Positions 1-13,440 of a stretch of DNA of 64,000 bases are shown piece by piece. The translations under genes and the position numbers were made by a program. A model generated the notes under the pieces. That model saw only the letters and a program-made list of their open reading frames with translations, did no database searches and was not told the DNA's origin. How positions within the stretch are numbered: position 1 is the first letter of the stretch; each line of letters opens with the position of its first letter. The stretch lies in NCBI RefSeq assembly GCF_009914755.1, contig NC_060938.1. One strand, 5' to 3'. Source of the stretch: the human T2T-CHM13v2.0 reference genome, Homo sapiens.

Positions 1-1221
1 TGCAGCAACTTGTTCCTCAACTCACTGAGTGTGCATTGTTCTGCCAGAGACATCACTGTAAGAGTATGTCATGTCAAATGTAGCAAAAATTGTTTTTATA
101 TGGTATCAGTTATAAAGTGCCTTTGAGGACTGTTTCTTGCTTCCGTGAGAATGCTGACAAGCAGAGTAAACTAAGTGCTCCAATTTCTAAGTTCAGAAAA
201 TTACCCATTTTAGTCAGCTTCTGCAGGGCCTTCTAGGACAGGGCACAGCAAAAACACAACTTCTGAAAACCCCAATCCCCTGGACCACATCTAGAGGACT
301 ACAGAAGGTAAGAGGGAGAATTCTCAAAGTTGTAGTTATCCATAATCCTACCCCTTCTTATCAAGAGGAGGAGAAAGGCATTGAACTCTCTCTCATCCCT
401 GCCTTTTACAGATGGTCCTGGAATATGGAGAAAAGGAAAGGAGAAAAAGGGCTAAGGTGCCAGAGGAAATTCCCAAAGCAGCCTGCATTCCCTCATAAAT
501 CAAATGTATAACATGGAACTCACCTGACACTTATATCATCTTTTCAGTGCTCCAATGGTCATACCCACAAAGAAAAGGGATCCAGGCAACAAGAGGATGG
601 AGGGTAGATTGGTCTTGGACCAGGAGTTTAGGACAAGGTGATGTTGAGGACTTTGAGACAAGAGTGTACATTTTAGTTATTGAATTACATCACAGAAATA
701 ATCACACCAGCCTATATTTTTCACCAAAAATGAATGAAAAGAAAATTATGTCTGTTCTAGGCAGATGGAGGTCAAAGGCTGCTCTAGATCCAGAATCTTA
801 ACCTATATCAAGATTCATGTTCATGCATAGCTTTATTGAAATTCTTGGCTCAAATTGACTTACTTCCCTAATGTCAAAATTTGAGAGCCCATTTGTAAAA
901 TGGCTTAGTGTAATGCACTGTGGATGATCAATCAAGAGTCACTAGTCTGTGTTCTTATTGGAGAAAATAATATTGCTTTTCTGTGTACATCTGTGTAAGA
1001 AATTTCACTTAGACATGAATGCTAAGAAAAACTACAATCCTTTCCAAGCAATAGACATATCCTTTTATGTTTCATAAAATTATCTCTTCATCTGGAATAG
1101 TAGAAGTTTTTATTCAGGCTTGCTTTATGCTTTCTCAAAGCTACAGTTATGTTTAACATATTTGCTTTATTTCTATTCCAATGCCTTTGTCATATTTTAT
1201 GTTAACATTTTGTGTTGAACT

Positions 1222-1237
1222 ATCTAGCCTATCTACC

Positions 1238-1287
<50 letters not shown>

Positions 1288-1296
1288 GTCTGTCTA
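1222..1296. repeat. (TCTA)n/(GATA)n tetranucleotide microsatellite ending in TCTG variants
   Basis: Run of tatctatcta... at 1241-1287, followed by tctgtctgtcta. Confidence 0.95.
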
Positions 1297-2490
1297 TTTT
1301 ATTATACCAAAATCTTCCTGCAAGTGTTGATGTCTAAATAAATTTGATAATGTTTATTAGATAACCTTCATATGTAATTGATTTGCTCATCTATTATCCA
1401 TAGAACTTGGAAACATATTTGTAGATAAAAGTTACAGATGTATAAATACATTGATAGATAATGCAGTTATATAAAAGTATATATATTAAATTTTAACCAT
1501 ATAAACATGTAACCAGACATATACAGATTTTAGTAAATTTCTTTTGACTTTTTATTTTTAAATGTGAACAAAAATAGTTGGTGATGATGGTGTCTGAATC
1601 TGTGGTCCCAATTGTAATCTCACAACTCCAAGTTCCCAACACAGTTGGAAACATCATTTATCTACCGAATTCTTCTGTTGGTGTTTTTCTCCCAGGGAAG
1701 CAGAGAAAATAAAGAGTTTTCTGCTTTTAATGTTTCTGCTTTTTATGTTTGTCACAGTGCTCTGCTTTTAGCAAACACCCTGATACACTAAAAGTTTGCT
1801 TTTTATTTAACCTTAAAAATTTCTTTGGTAAGCTTGTCCTAAAAACTTGACCCAGAATTATACAAATGCCATTCAAACATCTATTTGTGCATCTCTTTTT
1901 TTTCACTTCAACTGAAAATATACTTTCTCTAAAATGTACATTTGCAATAGGAATATATTACTGATGGTGGAAATAAATTTCCATGTAAATTCATATTGTC
2001 CTTCTACATAGTGAAATGACAGCGTTTTGGAAGTCACGTGCACACAGCTCCCCAGGGAATCTCACATCTATTATCCATTTCATGCATTGTGAGGCTTTTA
2101 TGGCAATGTCCATACCCTTCATTTTAGATAGATCTATCAGTCTCTCGGTACTATCCATGCACTTTGGATCACTAAGACTCCTCCTGAGTAGACGACATAC
2201 TAATATGTGACTAGTAATTGAATTTTTGACATATGCAAAAATGTTGTAAAATAGATAAGAGAGAAAGTGCCATAAATAGATATCTAAAAGAAGGGAACGG
2301 ATGGCCTCTTTGTGAAGATGTTTGGATAAAGCCAAAACATGACAAACAGATGGTTTATACATATGGGGTAGGTTGACAACGGAACCTGAAGCTGGTGGGG
2401 CATAATGCACAGAGCTCCAACTTTTCCTAAAAAACCTGAAGTTTGGTCTATAAGAGGAAAGTATTACAGACTACATAAAAACATAGACAA

Positions 2491-3136
2491 TTGCTGAGGA
2501 GAGCTTTACTTCCAACTATGTGTTCAATTTTGGAATAGGTGTGGTGTGGTGCTGAAAAAATGTATATTCTGTTGATTTGGGGTGGAGAGTTCTGCAGATG
2601 TCGATTAGGTCCACTTGGTGCAGAGCTGAGTTCAATTCCTGGGTATCCTTGTTAACTTTCTGTCTCATTGATCTGTCTAATGTTGACAGTGGGGTGTTAA
2701 AGTCTCCCATTATTATTGTGTGGGAGTCTAAGTCTCTTTGTAGGTCACTCAGGACTTGCTTTATGAATCTGGGTGCTCCTGTATTGTGTGCATATATATT
2801 TAGGATAGTTAGCTCTTCTTGTTGAATTGATCCCTTTACCATTATGTAATGGCCTTCTTTGTCTCTTTTGATCTTTGTTGGTTTAAAGTCTGTTTTATCA
2901 GAGACTAGGATTGCAAACCCTGCCTTTTTTTGTTTTCCATTTGCTTGGTAGATCTTCCTCCATCCTTTCATTTTGAGCCTATGTGTGTCTCTGCATGTGA
3001 GATGAGTTTCCTGAATACAGCACACTGTTGGGTCTTGACTCTTTATCCAATTTGCCAGTCTGTGTCTTTTAGTTGGAGCATTTAATCCATTTACATTTAA
3101 AGTTAATATTGTTATGTGTGAAGTTGATCCTGTCAT
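2491..3136 (-). pseudogene. LINE-1 ORF2p APE endonuclease domain, truncated
   Basis: 206-aa ORF with CCIQETH, GHYIMVKG and GDFNTPL motifs. It frameshifts near its end and L1 homology stops at 2491. Confidence 0.92.
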
Positions 3137-3199
3137 GATGATGTTAGCTGGTTATTTTGCTCGTTAGTTGATGCAGTTTCTTCCTAGCCTCGATGGTCT

Positions 3200-4216
3200 T
3201 TACAATTTGGCATGATTTTGCAGTGGCTGGTACCGGTTGTTCCTTTCCATGTTTAGTGCTTCCTTCAGGAGCACTTTTAGGGCAGGCCTGGTGGTGATAA
3301 AATCTCTCAGCATTTGCTTGTCTGTAAAGTATTTTATTTCTCCTTCACTTATGAAGCTTAGTTAGGCTGGATATGAAATTCTGGGTTGAAAATTCTTTTC
3401 TTTAAGAATGTTAAATATTGGCCCCCACTCTCTTCTGGCTTGTAGGGTTTCTGCCGAGAGATCCGCTGTTAGTCTGATGGGCTTCCCTTTGTGGGTAACC
3501 TGACCTTTCTCTCTGGCTGCCCTTAACATTTTTTCCTTCATTTCAACTTTGGTGAATCTGACAATTACGTGTCTTGGAGTTGCTCTTCTCGAGGAGTATC
3601 TTTGTGGTGTTCTCTGTATTTCCTGAATCTGAATGTTGGCCTGCCTTGCTAGATTGGGGAAGTTCTCCTGGATAATACCCTGCAGAGTGTTTTCCAACTT
3701 GGTTCCATTCTCCCGTCACTTTCAGGTACACCAATCAGATGTAGATTTGGTCTTTTCACATAGTCCCATATTTCTTGGAGGCTTTGTTTGTTTCTTTTTA
3801 TTCTTTTTTCTCTAAACTTCCCTTCTCGCTTCATTTCATTCATTTCATCTTCCATCACTGATACCCTTTCTTCCAGTTGATCGCATTGGCTCCTGAGGCT
3901 TCTGCATTCTTCACGTAGTTCTTGAGCCTTGGCTTTCAGCTCCATCAGCTCCTTTAAAGCACTTCTCTGTATTGGTTATTCTAGTTATACATTCGTCTAA
4001 ATTTTTTTCAAAGTTTTCAACTTCTTTGCCTTTGGTTTGGATTTCCTCCTGTAGCTTGGAGTAGTCTGATCATCTGAAGCCTTCTTCTCTCGACTCGTTG
4101 AAGTCATTCTCTGTCCAGCTTTGTTCTGTTGCTGGTGAGGAGCTGCGTTCCTTTGGAGGAGGAGAGGCGCTCTGCTTTTTAGAGTTTCCAGTTTTTCTGC
4201 TCTGTTTTTTCCCCAT
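3200..4216 (-). pseudogene. LINE-1 ORF1p remnant
   Basis: ATG at 4216 and stop at 3200-3202 give the canonical 1017-nt span. The frame is broken by compensating indels and a nonsense change near 3362. Confidence 0.9.
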
Positions 4217-7200
4217 CTTTGTGGTTTTATCTACTTTTGGTCTTTGATGATGGTGATGTACAGATGGGTTTTTGGTGTGGATGTCCTTTCTGTTTGTTAG
4301 TTTTCCTTCTAACAGACAGGACCCTCAGCTGCAGGTCTGTTGGAGTTTGCTAGAGGTCCACTCCAGACGCTGTTTGCCTGGGTACCAGCAGCGGTGGCTG
4401 CAGAACAGCGGATTTTCATGAACCGCAAATGCTGCTGTCTGATCGTTCCTCTGCAAGTTTTGTCTCAGAGGAGTACCCGCTGTGTGAGGTGTCAGTCTGC
4501 CCCTACTGGGGGGTGACTCCCAGTTAGGCTGCTCGGGGGTCAGGGGTCAGGGACCCACTTGAGGAGGCAGTCTGCCAGTTCTCAGATCTCCAGCTGCGTG
4601 CTGGGAACACCACTGCTCTCCTCAAAGCTGTCAGACAGGGACATTTAAGTCTGCAGAGGTTACTGCTGTCTTTTTGTTTGTCTGTGCCCTGCCCCCAGAG
4701 GTGGAGCCTACAGAGGCAGGCAGTATGGCACACTCAATTCATCTTCCTGGAAACCTCCATTTACATTTTATTGTTCAATCCAGAAGTAAATAACTTACAT
4801 TCAACTATTGAGAAAAATTTTAAATGTGAGGACTACAGGGTAGATAAACTTCAAATATCTCAACTGGTACCCAGCTAAGTTCATGTAGACTTAGGATTAA
4901 TTTTTTTTACAATATTGGCTTTGCCTTGTTTTATTTGCTTTAGAAATGAAATCTTAAGAACGTTGAAAATATGCTGGCTTATTTCTCCCTATAGAAATAT
5001 ATTGCTAGTTATTTCTACTTGTATAAAATATATAGGGTTTCTACTTGTATAAAATATATAGGGTTTTTTGTTGCTTGTTTGTTTGTTTTATTAGAACAAA
5101 TGGAGTCAATGAGCTCTCTCTTCTGTAGCACTTTCCATGTTGAATAATTCTCAACACAAGGAAACAAACCTTTTTTCTTTTTAAAAATAATTACACAAGC
5201 AGGTCTTGAAAAATTTAGCTTACACAATGCAGTATTATGTAGATTTAAATGTGTCCTCATCCTGCCCACTGCTGTCTTATATTTATTTTAAATTACCATT
5301 CTATTCTGATTTTTTTTTAGTGGTAGTCATTGCTATCATTTCAACATACATTATATTCTGTCATTTTCTCTGACTTTACTTGTGTATACACGTGTCCAAA
5401 TTCATATATATGGATTTTATTAAAACCATAATTTAATAATTTTGTTTACATGCTTTTTTTCTGTTAACAATAGCTTAGGTTTTATACAGCTATCCCTCTC
5501 ATTTTGATTGAGAACTACGTAATATTTCATAGAATGAAAGTACCATAATAGCTTATTCCATTAAAAAATCTGTTACCATGCTTCATCATGCATACATGAA
5601 GATATATATTTATGGTCATGTGTAGAAAAATAAAAGCAGAAATATTAAGTGAAATTAAAAATATATAACCTTTACAAGATTTCTAATAGATGCTAGCAAA
5701 TTGCATTTAACAAATTATTTTCTCTCCAAGACTGTACGAAAATGACATAACCCCATCCCCTACCAGAAATGAATATCAAATTAATCTTGATTTTACAAGT
5801 ATTAGTATGCAGATATCATAAGGGTTGTTAGTTAATAGCAACAACTGAGTATAATTTGAGCTGTTAGAAAATTATTTTCTTATATCTAAGGTAAAATTTT
5901 CCCTTAATATTGATTTATTGGTCTTAGCTCTACTCTTGGTATCAAAGAGAAAATGCTTCTATTTTGTTTATGTAACAATTTTTCCACATACAAAGTAGTC
6001 ACATGGTAAAAGACTGAATAGACTGCTAAAGCCCTACATAAAGAGCAACCCATATGTTACCTGTGTCTTCTATGGTTACTTGTGTCAAAGAGATTTCAAT
6101 AATATGGTGCAAATTTTAAGGGGTCACATTTATTTTTCCCAAGATGTGATCTGTGTATTCGTGTTGCCTTCACAATTCAGGCAAGAAGGTTGCTACTCAG
6201 GGCTTTTCTTTATCCCCATTTCTCCCATCACCCCCCACCAGAAACTATATTAATTACACATGCAGATCAAAATCACCAGGTTTTATTTTAGTTCTACTTT
6301 ACTTGCCCTTTGGAGGCCAACCTCCCATATTTCCACCCATCCTTTTTGTTTCTTCCTAGCTGCTGTCATTTTCTTTTCATATTTTTTCTATTAATCTCCA
6401 TATCGTTCACGGTGTTTATCATGCTATTCCATTGTAATTAATGTCTCTGGGTTATGAAAGAGCAGATTTAACTTCTGTTTCACTTAGATGTGCTTTATCC
6501 CTGAGTAACATGATGCGTGAAAGGATGGACTTGGTGGATTTGGAAATGGAAATGAGACCCATAATGCTTTGCAGCAAATATGCCTGATTCTGAATTTGAA
6601 AACTCGTTTAGTTTAGATTCCAATTGTATCTTAAAATAAATTTAGGTTCCACAGACATTTTACTAAGTGTCTGCTTTGGGTCAGGCATAGCCCCAGGAAC
6701 GCTCACGCTGTATTGTTACGTTAACAAAAGTTATTAAGTGTATGAGAGTGAAACTGTGGAATGAAAACTGCATTTCGTATCAGAGAGAAAAGAAACAACT
6801 TACATTTTACATATTAAAATATAAAAAATCCAATATTTTACATGTGAATCCTGTGGGATTTCATACTGCTTGTATACATTAGCTCAAGTGATATTAATTG
6901 CAATATGGTGGAATACTAATAGTTTCATTTTTGCAGAAGAGAAAATCGAGTGTTACAGATGCTGACATCCTTGCCACTATCCTACAGCTATTCAATGACA
7001 TTCCAGGGCTAGGTTTCTGGTGTTTTTCTTTTTCTCTGGCTTCCAAGAGAATGGCAAATTATTTCTTAGTTTTGATTGCCTTATCCCAGTAGTCTCCGTA
7101 ATCAACAGAAGCAGCAACCGAGGTTCTCTACTTATTAGTATGCATGGGTTTGTGTTTTTTTAACGAAGTAAATATATTTTATTGAGTCCAAAATCTTTGT

Positions 7201-7678
7201 AATTTTCCTTAATAAATCAGGAAAGAAAGCATTGTGACTTTTTTTCCAATATAATCCTGTATTTCCATGAAGATGGCTTCTTTCAGTGTTTATTTTGTTA
7301 AGCACATAGTCTATACATCTTTGTTAAATAAATGAATATGGAGCTTCTATTTTTCATAAATAATTTTATGCATGGTTCCAAACTGACCTGTCTGTATATT
7401 TTTATCACCTCAAGCCGCAATATATTGATAGTATTTATTGAGTATCCATTTGATTATAGCACCATATTTCGTGCATATATGTTTTTATTCAATATTTGAT
7501 ACATTGGGAGAAAAAAATGAATACATTAAAAGTACCGACTGTTTTATTTCTTCCAATATATCTTTTTCTATACTGATATAGTTTATAGCTTTATAAATTC
7601 TAATAGCTACATTCTTTTTCATTCTCTTGATAAACTCTTTTGATTAAACATTTTGCAATTGTTGAACTTCATAGTTGA

Positions 7679-7996
<318 letters not shown>

Positions 7997-8914
7997 TGAT
8001 TTTTTAAAGCAGGGACTCTAAGTTTGCATGTCAACTATAGTAAATGCATGTTACATACCCTTTTTCCATTTTTTTTGCTTATTTTTAGTTTGTTATATGA
8101 AACCTGTTATTGATATAACCTCAAAAAACTTGCATGTGTCTAAAGTATGTTTACATATATTTACAGCAGTGGTACTGTCATTAAAGATTTTAGGGCAGAG
8201 GGCAGTTTGCATCCTTATAGATACAATTACAAATATCTCTGTTCTTTCTTTTGTAACTACAAAATGCCTTCTGAAAGTAAAAGCATGGGTAATAGTTCTA
8301 AAGGCACTTTGATTATTTTTTGGAATATCATTCCTGAATTGAGCTGTGTGTGATATCAAAGAATTGGGCTTTTCATTAGTCAGGATGTTTGTCCTCAATT
8401 GTTTCCTTAATGATGTTTCTTTCATTGCTGGAATGTCCTGTTTCTCCTGATGTATTTATTAACCATGAGTTGACCCATTCTATTTTTGAGGTATGTTTCT
8501 TCTGCAGGAATAAGCTACATAGGTAATTAAGCCATTTTTCTAATTTGCCTTTTAAATATACACAGTGTGCAACAACCCTTTTTTAATACTGCCACTTCAA
8601 TTTTGCCTTTTGAAAATACCAATAATATTTTTCTCAACAATTTCTTAGTTTACTACAGGTTTTCTTTATTGTTTTATATTCTATTTTAGTAGTCATTGCT
8701 TTTTTCTTTTATTTATATAATCATGCTTTTTTCATGATTATTAAAAAAGTAGTTTCTCTAGTATGGATATTTTTGGCAAATTTTGTTGTTTCTTTATTAT
8801 TTTTTGTATTTCTTTTATTTAGATCTGACACCCCACCCTCGTTCCTCTTTTACTTTGTTCATAATTTTGAAGTCTCCCGCTGACACTTACTACTTTTTCT
8901 TTACTATATAACTA

Positions 8915-9057
8915 TTTTTTTCTTTTTTAATTTTTATTTTAAGTTTGGGGTGCATGTGCAGGTTCGTTGCAGAGGTAAATTTGTGTCATGGGAGTTTGTT
9001 GTGCAGATTATTTCACTATCTGAGTATTAAGCCTAGTACCCTGTACAGTTATTTTTC
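8915..9057 (-). mobile_element. Short 3' end of an older L1PA (L1PA13-16-like)
   Basis: ttttattttaagtttggggtgcatgtgcaggtt...gtattaagcctagtaccc resembles the reverse complement of an L1 3' terminus. Confidence 0.75.
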
Positions 9058-10109
9058 ATGTTATTTTCTTGAGTATAAAAAGTGGTAAAATGTACTCCAT
9101 TTATATGAATATTCCATGTCTTTCAACTTTAGTAGAATTTATGCTTATTAATAGCTTTTTTTTCCCATATCACTGGCAATGGAATAAAACCAAACATCTG
9201 TTTCTTTGTTGCTATCAGCATATTTAGGAATTGACAGAATCATTTGATTGAAAATTCTCTAAATATGATCACAGTACTTTATGGATTTTCATCTTTTTTA
9301 ACAACATAGATATGGATTACATTTGCCTTATAATCATGTGTTTGTGATTCAAGCAGATATACCAGTACTTAGATGGTTCTCAGGAGAGACTCCATTTCTC
9401 AGTCTAATACTGGTATAGGGGAAAGGAATTTAAACTATTTTCAGAAAAAAAGGTCATCCATACCGCGTGTCATGTTCTTTGCATTTATTCTAGTTTTAAG
9501 GTTCTTTAATATTTAACATGGAGATGTTACTGCTTTTCTCACCAAGTTATAATAGAGGATGTTTAGGGTTGAATAAAATAATATATGTTAAACATTTTAC
9601 TTTATGGTTTATATACTATTAGTATTATGCTTATTTTATATATTGCCATTATCTTATCATGAAATAACAAAAATGCGGGGGGTGGGGGTCTATCGATTTT
9701 GAGTTATGGTTTGCTAACTGCGTTGTCCTGAATGATTTCTCTCATCATGAAAAAGTACACAGTGGGTGGAATTGCAAACATCAATTCTTCTGGTAGTGTA
9801 CACAGGCTTCTGTAAGTTAGGAAAATCCTTCGACAGTTATGGCCTTCAAATTCCCCTTCAAGACAGCTGTACAATAGACTATTGCCATATTTCAATTTTC
9901 TCCCCATGAATTGTTCACATTAGTTTCTCAATCTAAAATGTCTTTTGGTGTGGTCTTATTTTTAATGTGAACTGGCTTAGAGGTCAAAGATTAATTGCCA
10001 ATAATATTCCTGAAAAGAGTAGGAAACTACTTTTAAGTAAAACATTCCACTTAATCCAATAGGTCTTTATTCTTCATAAACCAAATGTCCTTTCTGAATA
10101 ATATTTTTC

Positions 10110-10530
10110 CTACTGAGTTAGATATTTTGGTATGTCCTGTAGATACCTCAGTTTTAATATGGCCAAAAATATCTATCATTTCCTCTCTTCAAACTATTTC
10201 CCTCTATTATTCTTAATTTTGATTACTATAGCCATTATCTACATACTTTTTTGAAGCTTAAAACCTAAGAATTGACATGGACAACTTCCTTTTTTCATTC
10301 CCACAATAAACTGTTCATTAAATCCTTTTGAATCGACTTCCAAATGCTTCTCAAATCCAACCTCTCCTCTCGTCTCCTTGCCTTTTGTCAATACTTTACT
10401 TCAGGCAAACTTTATCTATTCTCTGACCTATAGCTGAACATCCTGACTTGTGTCCCTACTCTCAGTTGTTCCTTAGTCTTTCATTCCTGGACATCTCATT
10501 AAATTCTCTACATAGTTCCCAAAGTTACCT
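10110..10530 (+). mobile_element. L2 LINE fragment, continuing at ~11490-11880 after an L1M insertion
   Basis: Pyrimidine-rich L2-like motifs (aaatccttttgaatcgacttccaaa...tccaacctctcctct). Confidence 0.5.
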
Positions 10531-10584
10531 ACCCATTATATCATAATATCATTTTTAAAGGTTTAAAAGGTTTTTGATGCAATA

Positions 10585-11490
10585 TCATTAGCTATTAGAG
10601 AAAAGCAAAGTAAAGCTACAATAACATGCCACTATACACTTAATAGAATGGGAAAAGTAAAACCATGCTGACAATATCAAGTGCTGGTAAATATGTGGAA
10701 CAACTGGATCTCTCCTGCATTGGTGGTGAGAATGTAAATCGATACATTTATTCTGAAAAACAGTTTGGCAGTCTTTTATAAAGTTAACCATATCTTTATC
10801 ACATGACATATAAATCACAATCTTTAGTGTTTATCTCAGAGAAATGGAAACTTACATTCACGAAAAACCAGAACACTAAAATGCATAGGAACTTTATTTG
10901 TAATAGCCCTAATCTGGAAAAACTCAATTGTCGTTCAATGAATGAATGAATAAACAAACTGTGGTACATCATTACAACAGAATACTACTCAGAAATGAAA
11001 AAGAATAAGCTATTAATAGACACAATAACTTGAATATATATTGAGGCTAAGTGGGAAAAAAGCCTATCTCAAAAGGTTACTTACTGTGTGATTCTATTTA
11101 TTTAAAAGCCTAAATATGATGAAATGTAGGGATGGAGAACAGATCAGTGGTTATTAGGGGTTATGGTATGAGGAAGTGGAGGGTTGTGACTATTAAAAAA
11201 TAAATTTCTTTATGTTGATAGAACAGTACTCTATCTTGATTGTAGTGATACACTAATCTATATATGTCATGGAATCTATAGAACTATATACTAAGGGAAG
11301 AAAAGATGACTGAAAAGTAGATGAAATCACAGTATGATCTGTAGTCTAGTTAATAGCATACCTGTATCAATTTTTTGGTTTGGATGAACTTCTTTGCTTA
11401 CAAGTTTCTTTGGGAACCTCTGTACTATTTTAAAAACTTGTTTATCTTAAACTATTTCAAAATAAAATCTTATTCAAGGGAAAAAAATAA
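10585..11490 (+). mobile_element. Old L1M (L1MC/MD-like) 3' end
   Basis: L1 3' motifs (aaacagtttggcagt, aaactgtggtacatc, gaatactactcag, cagatcagtggtt) ending in an A-rich tail. Confidence 0.8.
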
Positions 11491-12689
11491 AGGCTTCTAC
11501 TGATTCCCAAGACCAAGAGAGATAAAAATCAATTTTTTACCAAGACATATAATATGAATCCAAGTTGTTTTTAAACTCTCTAATCATCACTCTTCTTCAT
11601 TCTTGCAAGTACTTCATATCTTAGCCATTGGGAAATCACAGATATGCACAGAATGCCTTCTTTCACCTCTCATTGACAAATTCCCACTTATCTTTCAATA
11701 CATGGGCTAAACTCTTCTTTGAGGATCTTCTCAAATCTCAAGTGCTGCTCCTACTCTGCTGCTGTAACACTTCATCATACATTTTTTGAGAAATTATCAC
11801 AATCCATTGTTTTTTTTTTCTGTTTATGCATCAGTTTCTTTCTTTAGACAATGAACTGGACTGATGGTATAGCACTGTTCCAGGTTCCTCTCAGAGGAGA
11901 CAATATTAGCCTAATTACTTTATAAGCTCAATCTAAAACTAATTTTATAACCAAGCCCAAAATAAATTAATGTTTTGTATTAATTGAGCTGTTGCACTTA
12001 GACTTGGTTAATATAAATATTTTTATTTTCTTCCACCCACAAGGAATGTCTACTTTGCATTGTTGTTTCTGATCTCCATATTCTTGCCATATTAGCAGAA
12101 CTTCAGTGTTTCAAATATATTTTTTAAAGCAAGCTTCATGGATCTAATAAACACTAATACCATCTGTGCTTTTCTATAGCCCAGGGAAATTCTATCTAGA
12201 GTTACAGGACATTTTTGAATAGAGTTAGAAATATATACAGTTCTCTTGGAGTCCATAACATTTTATTTCCCAAATATTATGTTTGTGGAATCTAATACTT
12301 GCTGTTGTGTGCTATTATAGGCACAGTTTTAAAAACATTTGTTTTATATATAAGCTCTTGGGTCATGATCTCAGGAAGTCATTTTAGATTATGTTGGTTT
12401 TGTATGATAGAATCACTTTCTAAAAGTGATAATAGTACAACATGACAGACAGTGGTAATTGACCATAGAAAACAAAAGCAGAAAAATATATTTGTATGAA
12501 GCAAAGCAAATTATGTATTAAGTTGGATGCCATAATTGTAATAATATGTTGAGATGCCTACTAATTCTAACCTCTTATTCAACCTAGTTTTTAAGGATTT
12601 TTTCCTATTCTTTTTATCATCAGTAAGCCAAGGTCTGTTCCTCCTTCTGTAATAGCTTTTTGCTTTACTATAGACAGCATAGAGTAAAT

Positions 12690-13440
12690 GCAAAAGTTTT
12701 AATCAATACAATTAAAATGATTCACAAACCTTCCAGTGACATCTTTGCCAAATTTCATACTCTATATTATGAAGTTCTGCATGAAAAGCTTTGACTGTTT
12801 TTCTAATCTCATTGTATATCCTCCTTTTATGTAGTACACCCCAGACTTATTGGCCTTCTTGTTCTTCCAACAATCCAGGCTTGCACTGGTTTGGGAACTT
12901 TAGCTGTTATCCCTCTTCAGGGTGTAATGCCTCAAGATTTCACACACGACTTTTTCTGGTTTTTCAGATCTTAGTTTAAGTGTCACTTTCCCAGAGAGGC
13001 CTTTTCTGAGTATCCAACTTAAAGTAATCTTGTCATAGTGTGTGTGCCAATGTTGTCTTATAACAGCTCACTAGGGCTTATGGTATACCTCTTTCCAACT
13101 ATGTATTGAGTGATGTCATATTAGTATATTTAAATTAGTCATGTTGGGAATGTTTTCATCACAGAAAATGGCAAAAACTCGGCTTGCTTTGTTCCTTTTA
13201 GAGAGCTGGTTATTAAACATTTGTCAGCATACCATAGCCTATATTGCCTATTAATATGTGACTCTTTATATTCTTTATATTTCTTGCAACCTTTAATTTC
13301 TCTTCTGAAAACTCTATTCATATGCATCTATTTCTAGTAGAATATAAGTTTGATAAGAACCAATTCCCTGCTGTCTTGCTAGTGCCTAGAATACTGCTTT
13401 CCACATCATGAATGTACAGTAAATATTTTTTGAATGAGTA
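12690..13440 (+). mobile_element. L2 3' fragment with a probable short DNA-transposon insert (~13035-13235)
   Basis: tgtcactttcccagagaggcctttt...gtgcctagaa...taaatattttttgaatgag matches the L2 3' end pattern. Confidence 0.55.

Larger units (their letters stand above)
2491..4723 (-). mobile_element. L1PA3/L1PA4-type LINE-1 internal fragment: 3' half of 5'UTR, disrupted ORF1, start of ORF2; truncated at both ends
   Basis: ORF track shows the ORF2 endonuclease (MTGSTSHITILTLNVNGLNAP...GDFNTPLS, 3136-2516) and ORF1 pieces (3945-3649, 3697-3362). L1 5'UTR sequence runs 4217-4723. No poly(A) and no TSD. Confidence 0.95.

Noticed and set aside
4678-4878. Possible L1 ORF0 or antisense-promoter fusion ORF
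   Set aside because: The element breaks off before the ORF0 ATG, and the listed ORF has a non-ATG start.
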